Source: Candidatus Gorgyraea atricola (GTDB lineage Bacteria; Omnitrophota; Gorgyraeia; Gorgyraeales; Gorgyraeaceae). Taken from it: a stretch of 64,000 nt of DNA. The stretch lies in the NCBI GenBank assembly GCA_030765235.1, contig JAVCCW010000030.1, positions 8,144 to 72,143 on the forward strand, given 5' to 3'. Position 1 is the first letter of the stretch. Every line of letters starts with the position of its first letter. The notes below the pieces were generated by a model. It had not been told where the DNA came from. It ran no database searches and saw only the letters and a program-made list of their open reading frames with translations. Both the position numbers and the translations under genes were made by a program. Below are positions 1 through 8,901 of the stretch, in pieces.

Positions 1-1777
1 TGCTCGAAAGTTCTTTCTTTGCCCTTGTGTAAGATTCATCAATGATCCTGCGCACCTCTCCATCTATCTCCACCGCGGTCTGTTCGCTGTAATTCTTTTC
101 TTCGGTTATGTCGCGGCCCAGGAATACCTGATGTTCGCGCCTGCCAAAGGTAAGACTGCCTAGCTTCTCGCTCATGCCCCAGCGCATGACCATGTCTCTC
201 GCGATAGCAGTGGTCTTTTCGAGATCGTCCTGCGCGCCAGTTGAAAGCTCTTTAAACACGATTTCCTCGCTGGCCCTGCCTCCAAGTATCCCGACGATCT
301 TCCCAAGAAGCTCTTTTTTAGTAACGATGTGCCTGTCTTCTATGGGGAGTCTCATGGTATAGCCAAGCGCAAGACCCCGCGGTATAATCGAAACCTTATG
401 CAGCGGATCTGCGCCAGGTATAAGAAGCGCCAGAAGCGCGTGGCCTGCCTCATGATACGCGACGATCTTTTTTTCCTCTACATTTATCACACGCGTCTTT
501 TTTTCAGGGCCTGCGATCACCCTTTCTATGGACTCCTGCATATCTTTTATTTCGACACTATTTTTATTTTTCCGCGCAGCTAAAAGCGCTGCCTCATTTA
601 CCAGATTTGCCAGGTCTGCGCCTGAAAAACCAGGCGTCTGCCGCGCAATGTCCTTCAGATCAACGGTCTTATCTATCTTTATACTCCTAATATGGACCTT
701 TAGGATCTCTTCTCTGCCAATAATATCAGGACGTGTAATAACAACCATCCTATCAAACCTGCCTGGCCGCAAAAGCGCGGGATCAAGCACATCAGGCCGG
801 TTAGTCGCTGCGATCAATATAACGCCTTCCTGTGTATTAAAGCCGTCCATCTCCACCAGGAGCGCATTCAACGTCTGCTCTCGCTCGTCGTGCCCGCCGC
901 CAATACCCGCGAACCTCTGCCTGCCAACCGCGTCTATCTCATCCATAAAAATGATGGCGCCTTTACCGCCTGTCTTTGCAGCGCGCTTTGCCTGCTCAAA
1001 GAGATCCCGAACCCTTGAAGCGCCAACACCGACAAACATCTCTACAAAATCAGAACCGCTGATGCTGAAAAACGGCACGCCTGCCTCGCCGCTAACTGCC
1101 TTTGCCAGGAGCGTCTTGCCTGTGCCAGGCGGGCCCATCACCAACACGCCCTTGGGAATTTTTCCGCCAAGCTTCTGAAATTTTTTCGGGTCTTTTAAAA
1201 ATTCAATGATCTCTTTTAGTTCTTCCTTTGCCTCATCCACACCAGCGACATCCTTGAAGGTGATCTTTGTCTGTCCGCCAGCTATCTGCCTGGCGCGGCT
1301 CTTTCCGAATGAAAGGATCTTTCCTCCACCATGCGAAGCGCTTCTATACACAAAGAACCACAAAAATCCTATAAACAAGATCATCGGGCCAAGAGAATAA
1401 AAAAGATTTGCCAGTAATGTCCTTGAAGGCCTCACATCAAAATCCTCAACATTCTTTTTCAATAGCCGCAAGAGATCCTGGTCGCTGTCAGGGATATGCA
1501 CAGCAAAACTCGTGCCACTTGAAAAAACGCCCTTGATCCTAGAGTCAGTCTTAACAGCAGATGCTATGGCGCCTGTATCCATGTTGGTCTCGAGAAGTCT
1601 GTAGAATTCGCCGTAGCTTAATTCCTGTGGCACGCCCTGCGCAGAAAAAGAGCCTAGCCTAAGGATGTACGTAAGAAGCAGAAAAAGTCCTACCCACAGA
1701 AATATATTCTTGCTCATCTTGTTCTTATCATTGTCAGCCTTCTTAACAGGCTTTTTTACAGGGTTCGTCTTTTGCAT
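1..1777 (-). CDS. ftsH: ATP-dependent zinc metalloprotease FtsH; 3' end beyond window start, start codon ATG at 1775-1777
   Basis: Minus-strand translation gives the Walker [25 protein letters not shown], the AAA second region of homology, the HEAGHAL zinc motif and an N-terminal TM segment. Not in the ORF track because it is open at the window edge. Confidence 0.9.
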   Translation of the reverse strand, partial: MQKTNPVKKPVKKADNDKNKMSKNIFLWVGLFLLLTYILRLGSFSAQGVPQELSYGEFYRLLETNMDTGAIASAVKTDSRIKGVFSSGTSFAVHIPDSDQDLLRLLKKNVEDFDVRPSRTLLANLFYSLGPMILFIGFLWFFVYRSASHGGGKILSFGKSRARQIAGGQTKITFKDVAGVDEAKEELKEIIEFLKDPKKFQKLGGKIPKGVLVMGPPGTGKTLLAKAVSGEAGVPFFSISGSDFVEMFVGVGASRVRDLFEQAKRAAKTGGKGAIIFMDEIDAVGRQRFAGIGGGHDEREQTLNALLVEMDGFNTQEGVILIAATNRPDVLDPALLRPGRFDRMVVITRPDIIGREEILKVHIRSIKIDKTVDLKDIARQTPGFSGADLANLVNEAALLAARKNKNSVEIKDMQESIERVIAGPEKKTRVINVEEKKIVAYHEAGHALLALLIPGADPLHKVSIIPRGLALGYTMRLPIEDRHIVTKKELLGKIVGILGGRASEEIVFKELSTGAQDDLEKTTAIARDMVMRWGMSEKLGSLTFGRREHQVFLGRDITEEKNYSEQTAVEIDGEVRRIIDESYTRAKKELSS

Positions 1778-1811
1778 AGATAGTATATTTTAGCACCTAT
1801 GTGTTAAAAAA

Positions 1812-2807
1812 TCAACCCCTCAAACACAAAGATATGCTTTTTTTGTGCTTTACCACATCCACGCCTGAAGGTAGATCGACCTTTGAATTCACTGGCCTTA
1901 CATAAATCAACTGCTCCAGTTCCTTCCAATGTTGATAGGTAAGTCTCCTCAAGTTCCCTTTGATCTGAAGTAGCGCGGCTCTCAATATCCTCTTTCTTAC
2001 TGCCTCCGGCTGAGACTTGAATCTCTTAAGATCTATTAGAATGTGGCCGTTGTTAATTTTCGAAGAGCTTTTTAATTTTCTATTCGCGAACTTTTCTAAA
2101 AATTCATTTTCAACGCGCAGGTTCTCAGCCATATTAGCCAGGACCTCTTTTATGTTCGCATTAAAATTCTTTTCTAAGTAAGGCATCAATTCACGCCTGA
2201 TCTTGTTCCTGGTAAAAATGAGTTTTTCATTGGAAGAGTCTTGCCTGAATTGCAAGTCCTCATCTTTTATAAAAGCTTCTATCTCTTGGCGCGAGATCTC
2301 GATAAGAGGCCTGATTATTTTAATACCTCGCATCTCTTTTACTGGGTTCATGCCTCCCAGGCCTAACATGCCAGCTCCGCGAATCATCCTCATAAGAACT
2401 GTCTCTGCCTGGTCATCTTTATTGTGGGCGACTGCTATTTTTGTTATATCCTTGGCCTTAGCGATCTCTTTGAAAAAATCATACCTCTCTTGCCGGCCAG
2501 CCTCTTCAGGAGAAATACCTTTTTCCTTGGCGACCTGCGGGACGTTTATTTCTTTATAAGTTATTTCCAGCTTTAATTTTTTTGCAAGGCCTTCACAAAA
2601 CTTCCTATCACCCACAGACTCCTCACCCCTAAACATATGATCTAAATGCGCAATATGTATATATAGCGAGAATTCTTTTTTTAATGCCGAAAACGCATGG
2701 AGCAGGGCAACAGAATCAGCCCCGCCAGAAAGCCCCACTAAAATCCTGTCGCCTTTCTGCAGCATCTGATACTTTTTAATTGTAGCCCTGATTTTCTCAA
2801 TAAACAT
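1812..2807 (-). CDS. tilS: tRNA(Ile)-lysidine synthetase
   Basis: PP-loop motif LVGLSGGADSVALLH near the N-terminus, length 331 aa, conserved tilS-ftsH neighbourhood. Confidence 0.85.
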   Translation of the reverse strand: MFIEKIRATIKKYQMLQKGDRILVGLSGGADSVALLHAFSALKKEFSLYIHIAHLDHMFRGEESVGDRKFCEGLAKKLKLEITYKEINVPQVAKEKGISPEEAGRQERYDFFKEIAKAKDITKIAVAHNKDDQAETVLMRMIRGAGMLGLGGMNPVKEMRGIKIIRPLIEISRQEIEAFIKDEDLQFRQDSSNEKLIFTRNKIRRELMPYLEKNFNANIKEVLANMAENLRVENEFLEKFANRKLKSSSKINNGHILIDLKRFKSQPEAVRKRILRAALLQIKGNLRRLTYQHWKELEQLIYVRPVNSKVDLPSGVDVVKHKKSISLCLRG

Positions 2808-2920
2808 GGTGGTCTCCTACGCTCATGCGTTGCTAATCTCTGTAGCATGCTTCGGAGACTAAAGGTGGTGGCTTGCCATCCAAAGCATGCTTCGAAGATT
2901 CGCCCAATTTGAGCGTAGGA

Positions 2921-2997
2921 TGGTAGCGGCGAGTGGATTCGAACCACTGACGCGCCGGGTATGAGCCGACTGCTCTGACCAGCTGAGCTACGCCGCC
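2921..2997 (-). tRNA. tRNA with CAU anticodon (Met elongator or Ile2/lysidine substrate), CCA encoded
   Basis: Cloverleaf folded by eye: acceptor GGCGGCG/CGCCGCT, D-arm GCTC-AGCTGGTCA-GAGC, anticodon stem GTCGG/CCGGC with loop CTCATAC, T-arm AGTGG-TTCGAAT-CCACT, 3' ACCA. No C1-A72 mismatch or GGG anticodon stem, so not an initiator. Confidence 0.8.
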
Positions 2998-3029
2998 AAT
3001 TTTTGCGAAGCAAAAATTGATCCCGAGCA

Positions 3030-3056
3030 AGTCAAATAATGCGAAGCATTATTTGA
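3030..3056 (-). terminator. hairpin between the PP-loop ATPase gene and tRNA-CAU
   Basis: GTCAAATAATGC-GAA-GCATTATTTGAC perfect stem. Confidence 0.4.
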
Positions 3057-3079
3057 CGCGTCGAGGGACCTCCTTTGCT

Positions 3080-3826
3080 TCACAATACCTCATTCAAACT
3101 TCCTGTCCTATATCCCTCAAGATCCAGGGCAACATACTTAAAGCCTAGCCCCTTCAAATGCCTTACTATTTTATCACAAAATCTCTGATTAAAAAATTTT
3201 TTTACATCTTTTTTCTCAACCTCGAGCCTTGCTGTGTCATTGTGATACCTGACCCTTACCAGATCTACGCCCAGATCCCTGATAAAATTCTCAGCCTTTT
3301 CTATTCTTTGCAGTGTTACTTTACTGATCCGCTTACCATAAGGTATCCTTGATGCAAGGCACGGCATTGGAGGCAGATCCCATGTTTTTAGTCCCTGCCT
3401 TTTAGAAAATCTGCGTATCTCCTGTTTTGTTATTCCTGCCTCCTGCAAAGGGCTCCGCACCCCCAGCTCTTCTTTTGCCTTAGTTCCCGGGCGATAATCG
3501 CTTTTATCGTCGATATTTGACGCGTCAATAACGATACCTTTTGCCATGCGTTTCAGTTTTATAAATAATTCCTTTTTGCAGTAATAACATCTATCCTTTG
3601 GGTTCTTGATAAATCTTTTGTCTCTCATCTCATTTGTATAAATTATCTTGTGCCTGATCCCTAATGACTTCGCAAATTTTTTCGCCTGAGCCAATTCTCT
3701 CTTCGTATATGTATCTGAAACAGCAGTAACGGCCAGCACATCTTCTTTTGGCAATAGATCTCTCGTCATCTTCAGCAAAAAACTAGAATCCACGCCGCCA
3801 GAAAACGCCACCACCACGCTACCCAT
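3080..3826 (-). CDS. PP-loop superfamily ATPase, TIGR00268/LarE-like; track ORF extends to 3904, start MGSVVVAF at 3826 preferred
   Basis: SGGVDSS PP-loop motif plus a C-terminal CYYCK cysteine motif typical of this family. The shorter start removes the 47-nt overlap with mnmA. Confidence 0.65.
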   Translation of the reverse strand: MGSVVVAFSGGVDSSFLLKMTRDLLPKEDVLAVTAVSDTYTKRELAQAKKFAKSLGIRHKIIYTNEMRDKRFIKNPKDRCYYCKKELFIKLKRMAKGIVIDASNIDDKSDYRPGTKAKEELGVRSPLQEAGITKQEIRRFSKRQGLKTWDLPPMPCLASRIPYGKRISKVTLQRIEKAENFIRDLGVDLVRVRYHNDTARLEVEKKDVKKFFNQRFCDKIVRHLKGLGFKYVALDLEGYRTGSLNEVL

Positions 3827-3857
3827 CTTCCCTAAAACATTTTCTAGCCTCTTAAGC

Positions 3858-4907
3858 TTATCCAAACACTTTGTCGATCCAGCCGCCGCCAAGCACATAC
3901 TCACCGTCGTAAAATACTGCTGCCTGGCCCGGTGTAATCGCCTCCTGCTCCTGATTAAACTCCACTTCTAGATCCCCGTCCTTCGTCTCTTTCAAAGATG
4001 CCCTTGCTTTTTTATGAGAATATCTTATCTTGACCTCTGCCTCTTCGACCTTAGGCGAAAGCCAATTAACGCCCTTGACCATAAATCTCTTTTTCTTTAT
4101 CTCGGAGAAATCGCCCACCACTATCTCATTCTCTTCCGGCTTTATCTTTATAACATAAAGAGGGTTTTTGTGAGCTATGCCCAGACCTCTGCGTTGCCCT
4201 ATTGTGAAATTCCAAAATCCATTGTGAGAGCCCAGTATCTTGTTATTAGAATCGATTATGTCACCCTTCTCAGGCTCTTTTTTTATAAATTTAGCGTAAT
4301 CATTGTCCAGCACAAAACATATCTCCTGGCTATCTGCCTTTTCGTGAACTTTTAATCCTAGCTCTTTCGCCTTATTCCTCACGCTAAACTTGTCAAAGCC
4401 CCCTAAAGGCAGCAAGATCTTATCAATGCTGGGAAGAGAAAATAAAACGTAAGACTGATCCTTGGCTTTATCCGCAGATTCTTTTAATCTTAGCGCTCCA
4501 TTGCTTTCAATTCTTGCATAGTGGCCCGTGGAAATAAAATCGCATTCCAATTCTCCAGACTTTTTAAGCAGACTTCCAAATTTTATCTTTTCATTGCACA
4601 CGATACATGGATTAGGGGTCCGGCCCTTGAGGTATTCACTGATGAAATAATCAATGACCTCTTTTTTAAACACCTTTTCAAAATTTAATACATAATGCCT
4701 TATACCTAAAACATCACAGACCCTTTTTGCATCTTCTATGTCCTTAAGCGAGCAGCACGACTTATCCCTGTGTTTTCCGCAATACTCCTCTGGCCATATC
4801 TTCATGGTCGCGCCTATGACCTCGTAACCCTGCTCCTTTAATATAGCAGCAGCTACAGAACTATCCACACCCCCACTCATTGCAACCAGTACTCGCCTCT
4901 TATGCAT
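3858..4907 (-). CDS. mnmA: tRNA-specific 2-thiouridylase
   Basis: VLVAMSGGVDSSVAA PP-loop, 349-359 aa, conserved MnmA blocks. The track start at 4937 is a TTG inside a CCAATGACC repeat; ATG at 4905-4907 follows AAGGAG. Confidence 0.85.
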   Translation of the reverse strand: MHKRRVLVAMSGGVDSSVAAAILKEQGYEVIGATMKIWPEEYCGKHRDKSCCSLKDIEDAKRVCDVLGIRHYVLNFEKVFKKEVIDYFISEYLKGRTPNPCIVCNEKIKFGSLLKKSGELECDFISTGHYARIESNGALRLKESADKAKDQSYVLFSLPSIDKILLPLGGFDKFSVRNKAKELGLKVHEKADSQEICFVLDNDYAKFIKKEPEKGDIIDSNNKILGSHNGFWNFTIGQRRGLGIAHKNPLYVIKIKPEENEIVVGDFSEIKKKRFMVKGVNWLSPKVEEAEVKIRYSHKKARASLKETKDGDLEVEFNQEQEAITPGQAAVFYDGEYVLGGGWIDKVFG

Positions 4908-4916
4908 GCATCTCCT

Positions 4917-5036
4917 TACCAAATGACCAATGACCAATGACCAATGTCAAATAAATTTCCAATGCCCAATGACCAATTGGAAATTGGATAATTGGGAATT
5001 TATTGGGATTTGGTAATTGGGCATTTGTCATTGCGC
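4917..5036. repeat. CCAATGACC/CCAATTGG-rich imperfect palindrome between nfnB and mnmA
   Basis: Three direct CCAATGACC units, then ...CCAATGCCCAATGACCAATTGG AAATTGG...ATTGGGCATTTGTCATTG inverted arms. Confidence 0.6.
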
Positions 5037-6451
5037 CTTAGATAGTCATGTATCGCGCGGGCGGCGCGTTTGCCTGCGCCCATTGCTGCGATTACTGTGT
5101 CATCACCGTATGTGGCGTCGCCGCCAGCGTACACGCCTTTTAGATTCGTTGCTTGTGTCTCTGGATCCACAACTACCTTATTCCACTTATCGACTTTTAG
5201 TTCAGGTGTTGCTTTTAAAAATACTGGATTTGGGCTCTGGCCGACTGCCACTATAACTGTATCGACATCCATAGTAAACTCTGATCCCTCGATTGGGATC
5301 GGCCTTCTCCTGCCAGATGCGTCAGGCTCGCCCAGCTTCATCTTCACACACTCCATGCCTTTCACAAAATCCTTTTCATCCCCGAGTATTTTTTTAGGAA
5401 GCGTTAATATGTGCAGCTCGATCCCCTCTTCCTTCGCGTTCTCTACCTCTTCTCTTCGCGCAGGCATCTCTTTTTCTGAGCGCCTGTAAACTATATAGAC
5501 TTTTTCCGCGCCAAGCCTGAGAGAAACGCGGGCCGAGTCCATTGCAGTGTTGCCGCCGCCAATGACTGCCACACGTCTTCCTATATTTATAGGTGTGTCG
5601 TATTCTGGAAAAAGATACGCCTTCATTAGATTCGCCCTTGTTAAAAGCTCATTCGACGAGTAAACCCTGTTAAGATTCTCGCCTGGTATTTTCATGAAAC
5701 TCGGCAGTCCCGCGCCTGTACCAATAAAAACAGCCTTGTACCCCTCTTCGTACAGTTCCTTTAACGTCGAAACCTTCCCTACTATAAAATTCATCTTGAT
5801 CTCAACACCTAAAGACTTCAAATATTCTACTTCCTTTTTTACAATATCCTTGGGCAAGCGAAACTCAGGAATACCATAGACCAATACTCCTCCTGCAGTA
5901 TGCAATGCCTCAAATACAGTAACGCGATACCCAAGCCTTGCCAGATCCCCTGCGCAAGTAAGCCCAGCCGGCCCAGAACCAATGACTGCTACTTTAGCCC
6001 CACTCGTCCTTGTCCCTTGTCCCTTGTCACTTGCCTGCCCCGTACGAAATCTTTGATTTTCGTATGGGGTCCCTTCTTTAAGCTCCCAGTCTGCAGCAAA
6101 CCTCTCAAGCCCGCCTATATTTATAGGTGTCTTTTTCGCAGCCAGTACACACACGCCCTCGCATTGATCTTCCTGCGGGCAAACCCTGCCGCACACGCCA
6201 GGAAGATTATTTTTCTCTTTGATGATCTTAATGGCATCGTCGAATTTCTTATTTTTTATAGCTTCAATAAAACGCGGTATGTCTATTTCAACAGGGCACT
6301 TCGTCGAGCACCTGGGTTTTTTACAAAAAAGGCATCGGCTGGCTTCATTGACAGCCTCCTCCTGAGATAATCCAAACGCCACTTCATTGAAATTCTTGGT
6401 CCTATCTTTGGCGTTCTGCTTCTTCACTGTAATATCCCCCTTATCTTGCAC
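5000..6451 (-). CDS. nfnB: NfnB/GltD-like flavoprotein (glutamate synthase small-chain / SudA family), FAD/NAD(P) plus 2x[4Fe-4S]
   Basis: Cys cluster CLFCKKPRCSTKCP...CPQEDQCEGVC, dinucleotide fold KVAVIGSGPAG and a second GxGxxA. Lies downstream of a PyrK-like partner. Confidence 0.75.
   Translation of the reverse strand: MQDKGDITVKKQNAKDRTKNFNEVAFGLSQEEAVNEASRCLFCKKPRCSTKCPVEIDIPRFIEAIKNKKFDDAIKIIKEKNNLPGVCGRVCPQEDQCEGVCVLAAKKTPINIGGLERFAADWELKEGTPYENQRFRTGQASDKGQGTRTSGAKVAVIGSGPAGLTCAGDLARLGYRVTVFEALHTAGGVLVYGIPEFRLPKDIVKKEVEYLKSLGVEIKMNFIVGKVSTLKELYEEGYKAVFIGTGAGLPSFMKIPGENLNRVYSSNELLTRANLMKAYLFPEYDTPINIGRRVAVIGGGNTAMDSARVSLRLGAEKVYIVYRRSEKEMPARREEVENAKEEGIELHILTLPKKILGDEKDFVKGMECVKMKLGEPDASGRRRPIPIEGSEFTMDVDTVIVAVGQSPNPVFLKATPELKVDKWNKVVVDPETQATNLKGVYAGGDATYGDDTVIAAMGAGKRAARAIHDYLRRNDKCPITKSQ
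6004..6073. repeat. composite (CCCTTGT)n plus CCCCGTACGAAATCTTTGATTTTCGTATGGGG palindrome, in frame in nfnB
   Basis: Reads GTPYENQRFRTGQASDKGQGTRTSG immediately before the KVAVIGSGPAG FAD motif. Confidence 0.75.
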
Positions 6452-7245
6452 GCGTGTTTCTCCTGCTCCTTAAAAAGCCCTTGCCGCGCCATCAGCTCTT
6501 TAAAATTCACCTGGTGCGCGTCAAACTCAGGGCCGTCAACACATGCAAACTTTGTCTCGCCGCCCACTTCGATCCTGCATGAACCGCACATGCCAGTCCC
6601 ATCCACAAGAACTGTGTTTAAAGAGGCAAGTGTCTTTATTTTATGCGGTCGTGTCAGATCCGCAACCACCTTCATCATGATCGCTGGCCCAACAGCATAC
6701 ACTAGATCTATTTTTTTGTCGGAAGCAATAAGTCTCTTCAAGACATCTGAGACAAAACCCTTTTCTCCATCAGAGCCGTCATCAGTAGTAATAAAGATCT
6801 TATCGCACGCCTTGCTAAGTTTATCTTTAAATATAACAAGCTCTTTATTTCTCGCGCCCACGATAACGATCACCTCATTACCCGCGGCCTTGTACGCCTT
6901 TGCCACAGGATAAAGCTCTGCAATGCCAACACCTCCGCCAATACAACACACGGTTCCTATCTTCTTGTTATCTGTCTTGTGGCCCAATGGTCCAACAACA
7001 TCCAGCAAAGACTCGCCTTGTTTTTTCTCTGTGAGCCTGTGTGTTGTCACACCAACCACCTGATACACGATAGTGACAGTGTTTTCGCTACGATCAGCTA
7101 TAGTAAGCGGTATGCGCTCGCCTTTTTCATCGATCCTTACCATGACGAACTGGCCTGCCGCAGCCTTTTTAGCTACTACGCTCGCCTCGAGTTCCATCTT
7201 AAAAAGCGCTGGCGCTATTTTCTCATTCGATAAGATCTTATGCAT
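6424..7245 (-). CDS. nfnA: NfnA/SudB/PyrK-like FAD and 2Fe-2S electron-transfer subunit
   Basis: Ferredoxin-NADP reductase-like fold, C-terminal Cys cluster CGSC...CVDGP, 273 aa. Order small-then-large matches nfnAB. Confidence 0.7.
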   Translation of the reverse strand: MHKILSNEKIAPALFKMELEASVVAKKAAAGQFVMVRIDEKGERIPLTIADRSENTVTIVYQVVGVTTHRLTEKKQGESLLDVVGPLGHKTDNKKIGTVCCIGGGVGIAELYPVAKAYKAAGNEVIVIVGARNKELVIFKDKLSKACDKIFITTDDGSDGEKGFVSDVLKRLIASDKKIDLVYAVGPAIMMKVVADLTRPHKIKTLASLNTVLVDGTGMCGSCRIEVGGETKFACVDGPEFDAHQVNFKELMARQGLFKEQEKHACKIRGILQ

Positions 7246-7936
7246 CAGCTTCCTCCCCTATCAATCTCAAGCCTTTTAATGTCAATTCCGGGTCGATTTT
7301 ATCAACGCTTTTACAATAAGGCGCGATAAGACGCGACATTCCCCCTGTTGCTATAACTTTTTTTCGTCCATATCTCGCGATAATACCATCGCACATGCTG
7401 CTAAAACCATACACGGCGCCATTTATCATGCTCTGGCGAGTATCTTTTCCTAAAACACCTCTTGGCTTTCCCAGCTTCACCTTAGGTAAAAGCACGGCCT
7501 TGTTTGAGAGCGCTTCAAGTGAGATCTCAACACCAGGCATAATCACGCCTCCGAGATATTCCTTCCTATCGTTTACAACATCTATGGTAATAGCTGTGCC
7601 AAAATCTACTATAATACAGCTCCCGCCATACAGCTCGTAAGCTGCCCGAGCATTAACTAATCTATCCTGACCCACTTGTCTCGGGTTCTTATACATATTT
7701 TTTACTCCGCTATCAATATCCCTGCCCACAACCATAGCCTTCTTACCCAATGCCTTCTCAACATCCTTGAGCGCCTTTGGCACTACACTTACAGCAATAA
7801 CAGCGTCGAATCTCTTTTTGTATATTGATCTCAAATTCCTGCTATTAGTAGACACCCTGAAGCTCTCTTTCAAGACCTTGCCCTCAAATATGCCGTTATG
7901 AATATACGTATTTCCAATATCTATCGCCAATAACAT
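7238..7936 (-). CDS. coaX: type III pantothenate kinase
   Basis: MLLAIDIGNTYIH N-terminal motif, ~230 aa, ASKHA fold. Confidence 0.85.
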   Translation of the reverse strand: MLLAIDIGNTYIHNGIFEGKVLKESFRVSTNSRNLRSIYKKRFDAVIAVSVVPKALKDVEKALGKKAMVVGRDIDSGVKNMYKNPRQVGQDRLVNARAAYELYGGSCIIVDFGTAITIDVVNDRKEYLGGVIMPGVEISLEALSNKAVLLPKVKLGKPRGVLGKDTRQSMINGAVYGFSSMCDGIIARYGRKKVIATGGMSRLIAPYCKSVDKIDPELTLKGLRLIGEEADA

Positions 7937-7938
7937 AA

Positions 7939-8901
7939 TTACCTCAGCATTGTGATATCGCCGGCAAGGACGCGCTCGTTAAAACCAGAATCGAGCCTCA
8001 ATATAAGGGCCCCATCCCTATCCACATCTATGGCCTGGCCTGATATAAGCCTATTATGATAATTTATCTGGACGCGCCTGTCAAGCACTGCGGATAACTT
8101 TTTATATTCGGACAAAATGTCGCCTATCTTGCCTTTATTGAATATTTTATAGTATCTGTCAAGATTGACTAAAACTGTTTTAACAAATTCCAACCTTGAA
8201 ACCTGACAATGTCTTTCTTCTGCAAGAGATGTAGAGCCTTCAGGCAATAGTTCCTTTTTCGTATTTATATTAATACCTATCCCAGCTATAACAAAATTGA
8301 TCTTATCTGTTTCGCCATTCAATTCTGTCAATATACCGCACACCTTAAGGCCATTTATAAGAATATCGTTCGGCCACTTAATATATGCGGAAAGTCCTGC
8401 TGTTTCCCGCGCTGACTTTGCAACACTAAGCGCTGAGATAAGCGTGATCAAGGACACCTCTCTTGGCAAAATGTCCGGCCTTAATATTATTGAAAAATAA
8501 GCACCCTTGCCCCTTGGCGAAACCCATTTTCGCCCGAGTCTGCCGCGACCCTTTGTCTGATACTCTGCCACTACTACTGCGCCCTCTTTTTCGCCAGATA
8601 TAGCCAGCTCATGCACCGCGTCATTGGTAGAAGATATCTCTTTATAGGAATAGATCTTTTTACCTATTATCTCGGTCTTAAGATCTCGCCTCAACTCGAT
8701 CGAGCTCAAGATATCTGGAAGCGCCATTAATTTATAACCAAGGTGTGGAGACGCCATGATGTCATACCCTTCTTCACGCAGTTTTTCAATGTGCTTCCAT
8801 ATAGCTGTGCGCGAAACACCAAGCGCCTTGCTCAACTCTTCGCCCGAGGCATATTTATCTTTTCGCTTTTTAAAAAAATCTAATATCTTCTCGTCCATCA
8901 T
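7939..8901 (-). CDS. birA: bifunctional biotin-protein ligase / biotin operon repressor
   Basis: N-terminal HTH ([27 protein letters not shown]) plus BPL catalytic region (GRGRLGRKW). Confidence 0.85.
   Translation of the reverse strand: MMDEKILDFFKKRKDKYASGEELSKALGVSRTAIWKHIEKLREEGYDIMASPHLGYKLMALPDILSSIELRRDLKTEIIGKKIYSYKEISSTNDAVHELAISGEKEGAVVVAEYQTKGRGRLGRKWVSPRGKGAYFSIILRPDILPREVSLITLISALSVAKSARETAGLSAYIKWPNDILINGLKVCGILTELNGETDKINFVIAGIGININTKKELLPEGSTSLAEERHCQVSRLEFVKTVLVNLDRYYKIFNKGKIGDILSEYKKLSAVLDRRVQINYHNRLISGQAIDVDRDGALILRLDSGFNERVLAGDITMLR

Noticed and set aside
528-1178. 216-aa plus-strand ORF (and neighbouring plus ORFs 174-583, 1206-1400)
   Set aside because: Lies antisense to the clearly recognisable ftsH coding sequence. 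The translation is low-complexity with no motifs, so it is a shadow ORF.
2738-3030. Two minus-strand ORFs (91 and 65 aa) between tilS and the PP-loop ATPase
   Set aside because: They overlap the tRNA-CAU gene and its flanking hairpins, and their translations are Arg/Ser-rich low complexity.
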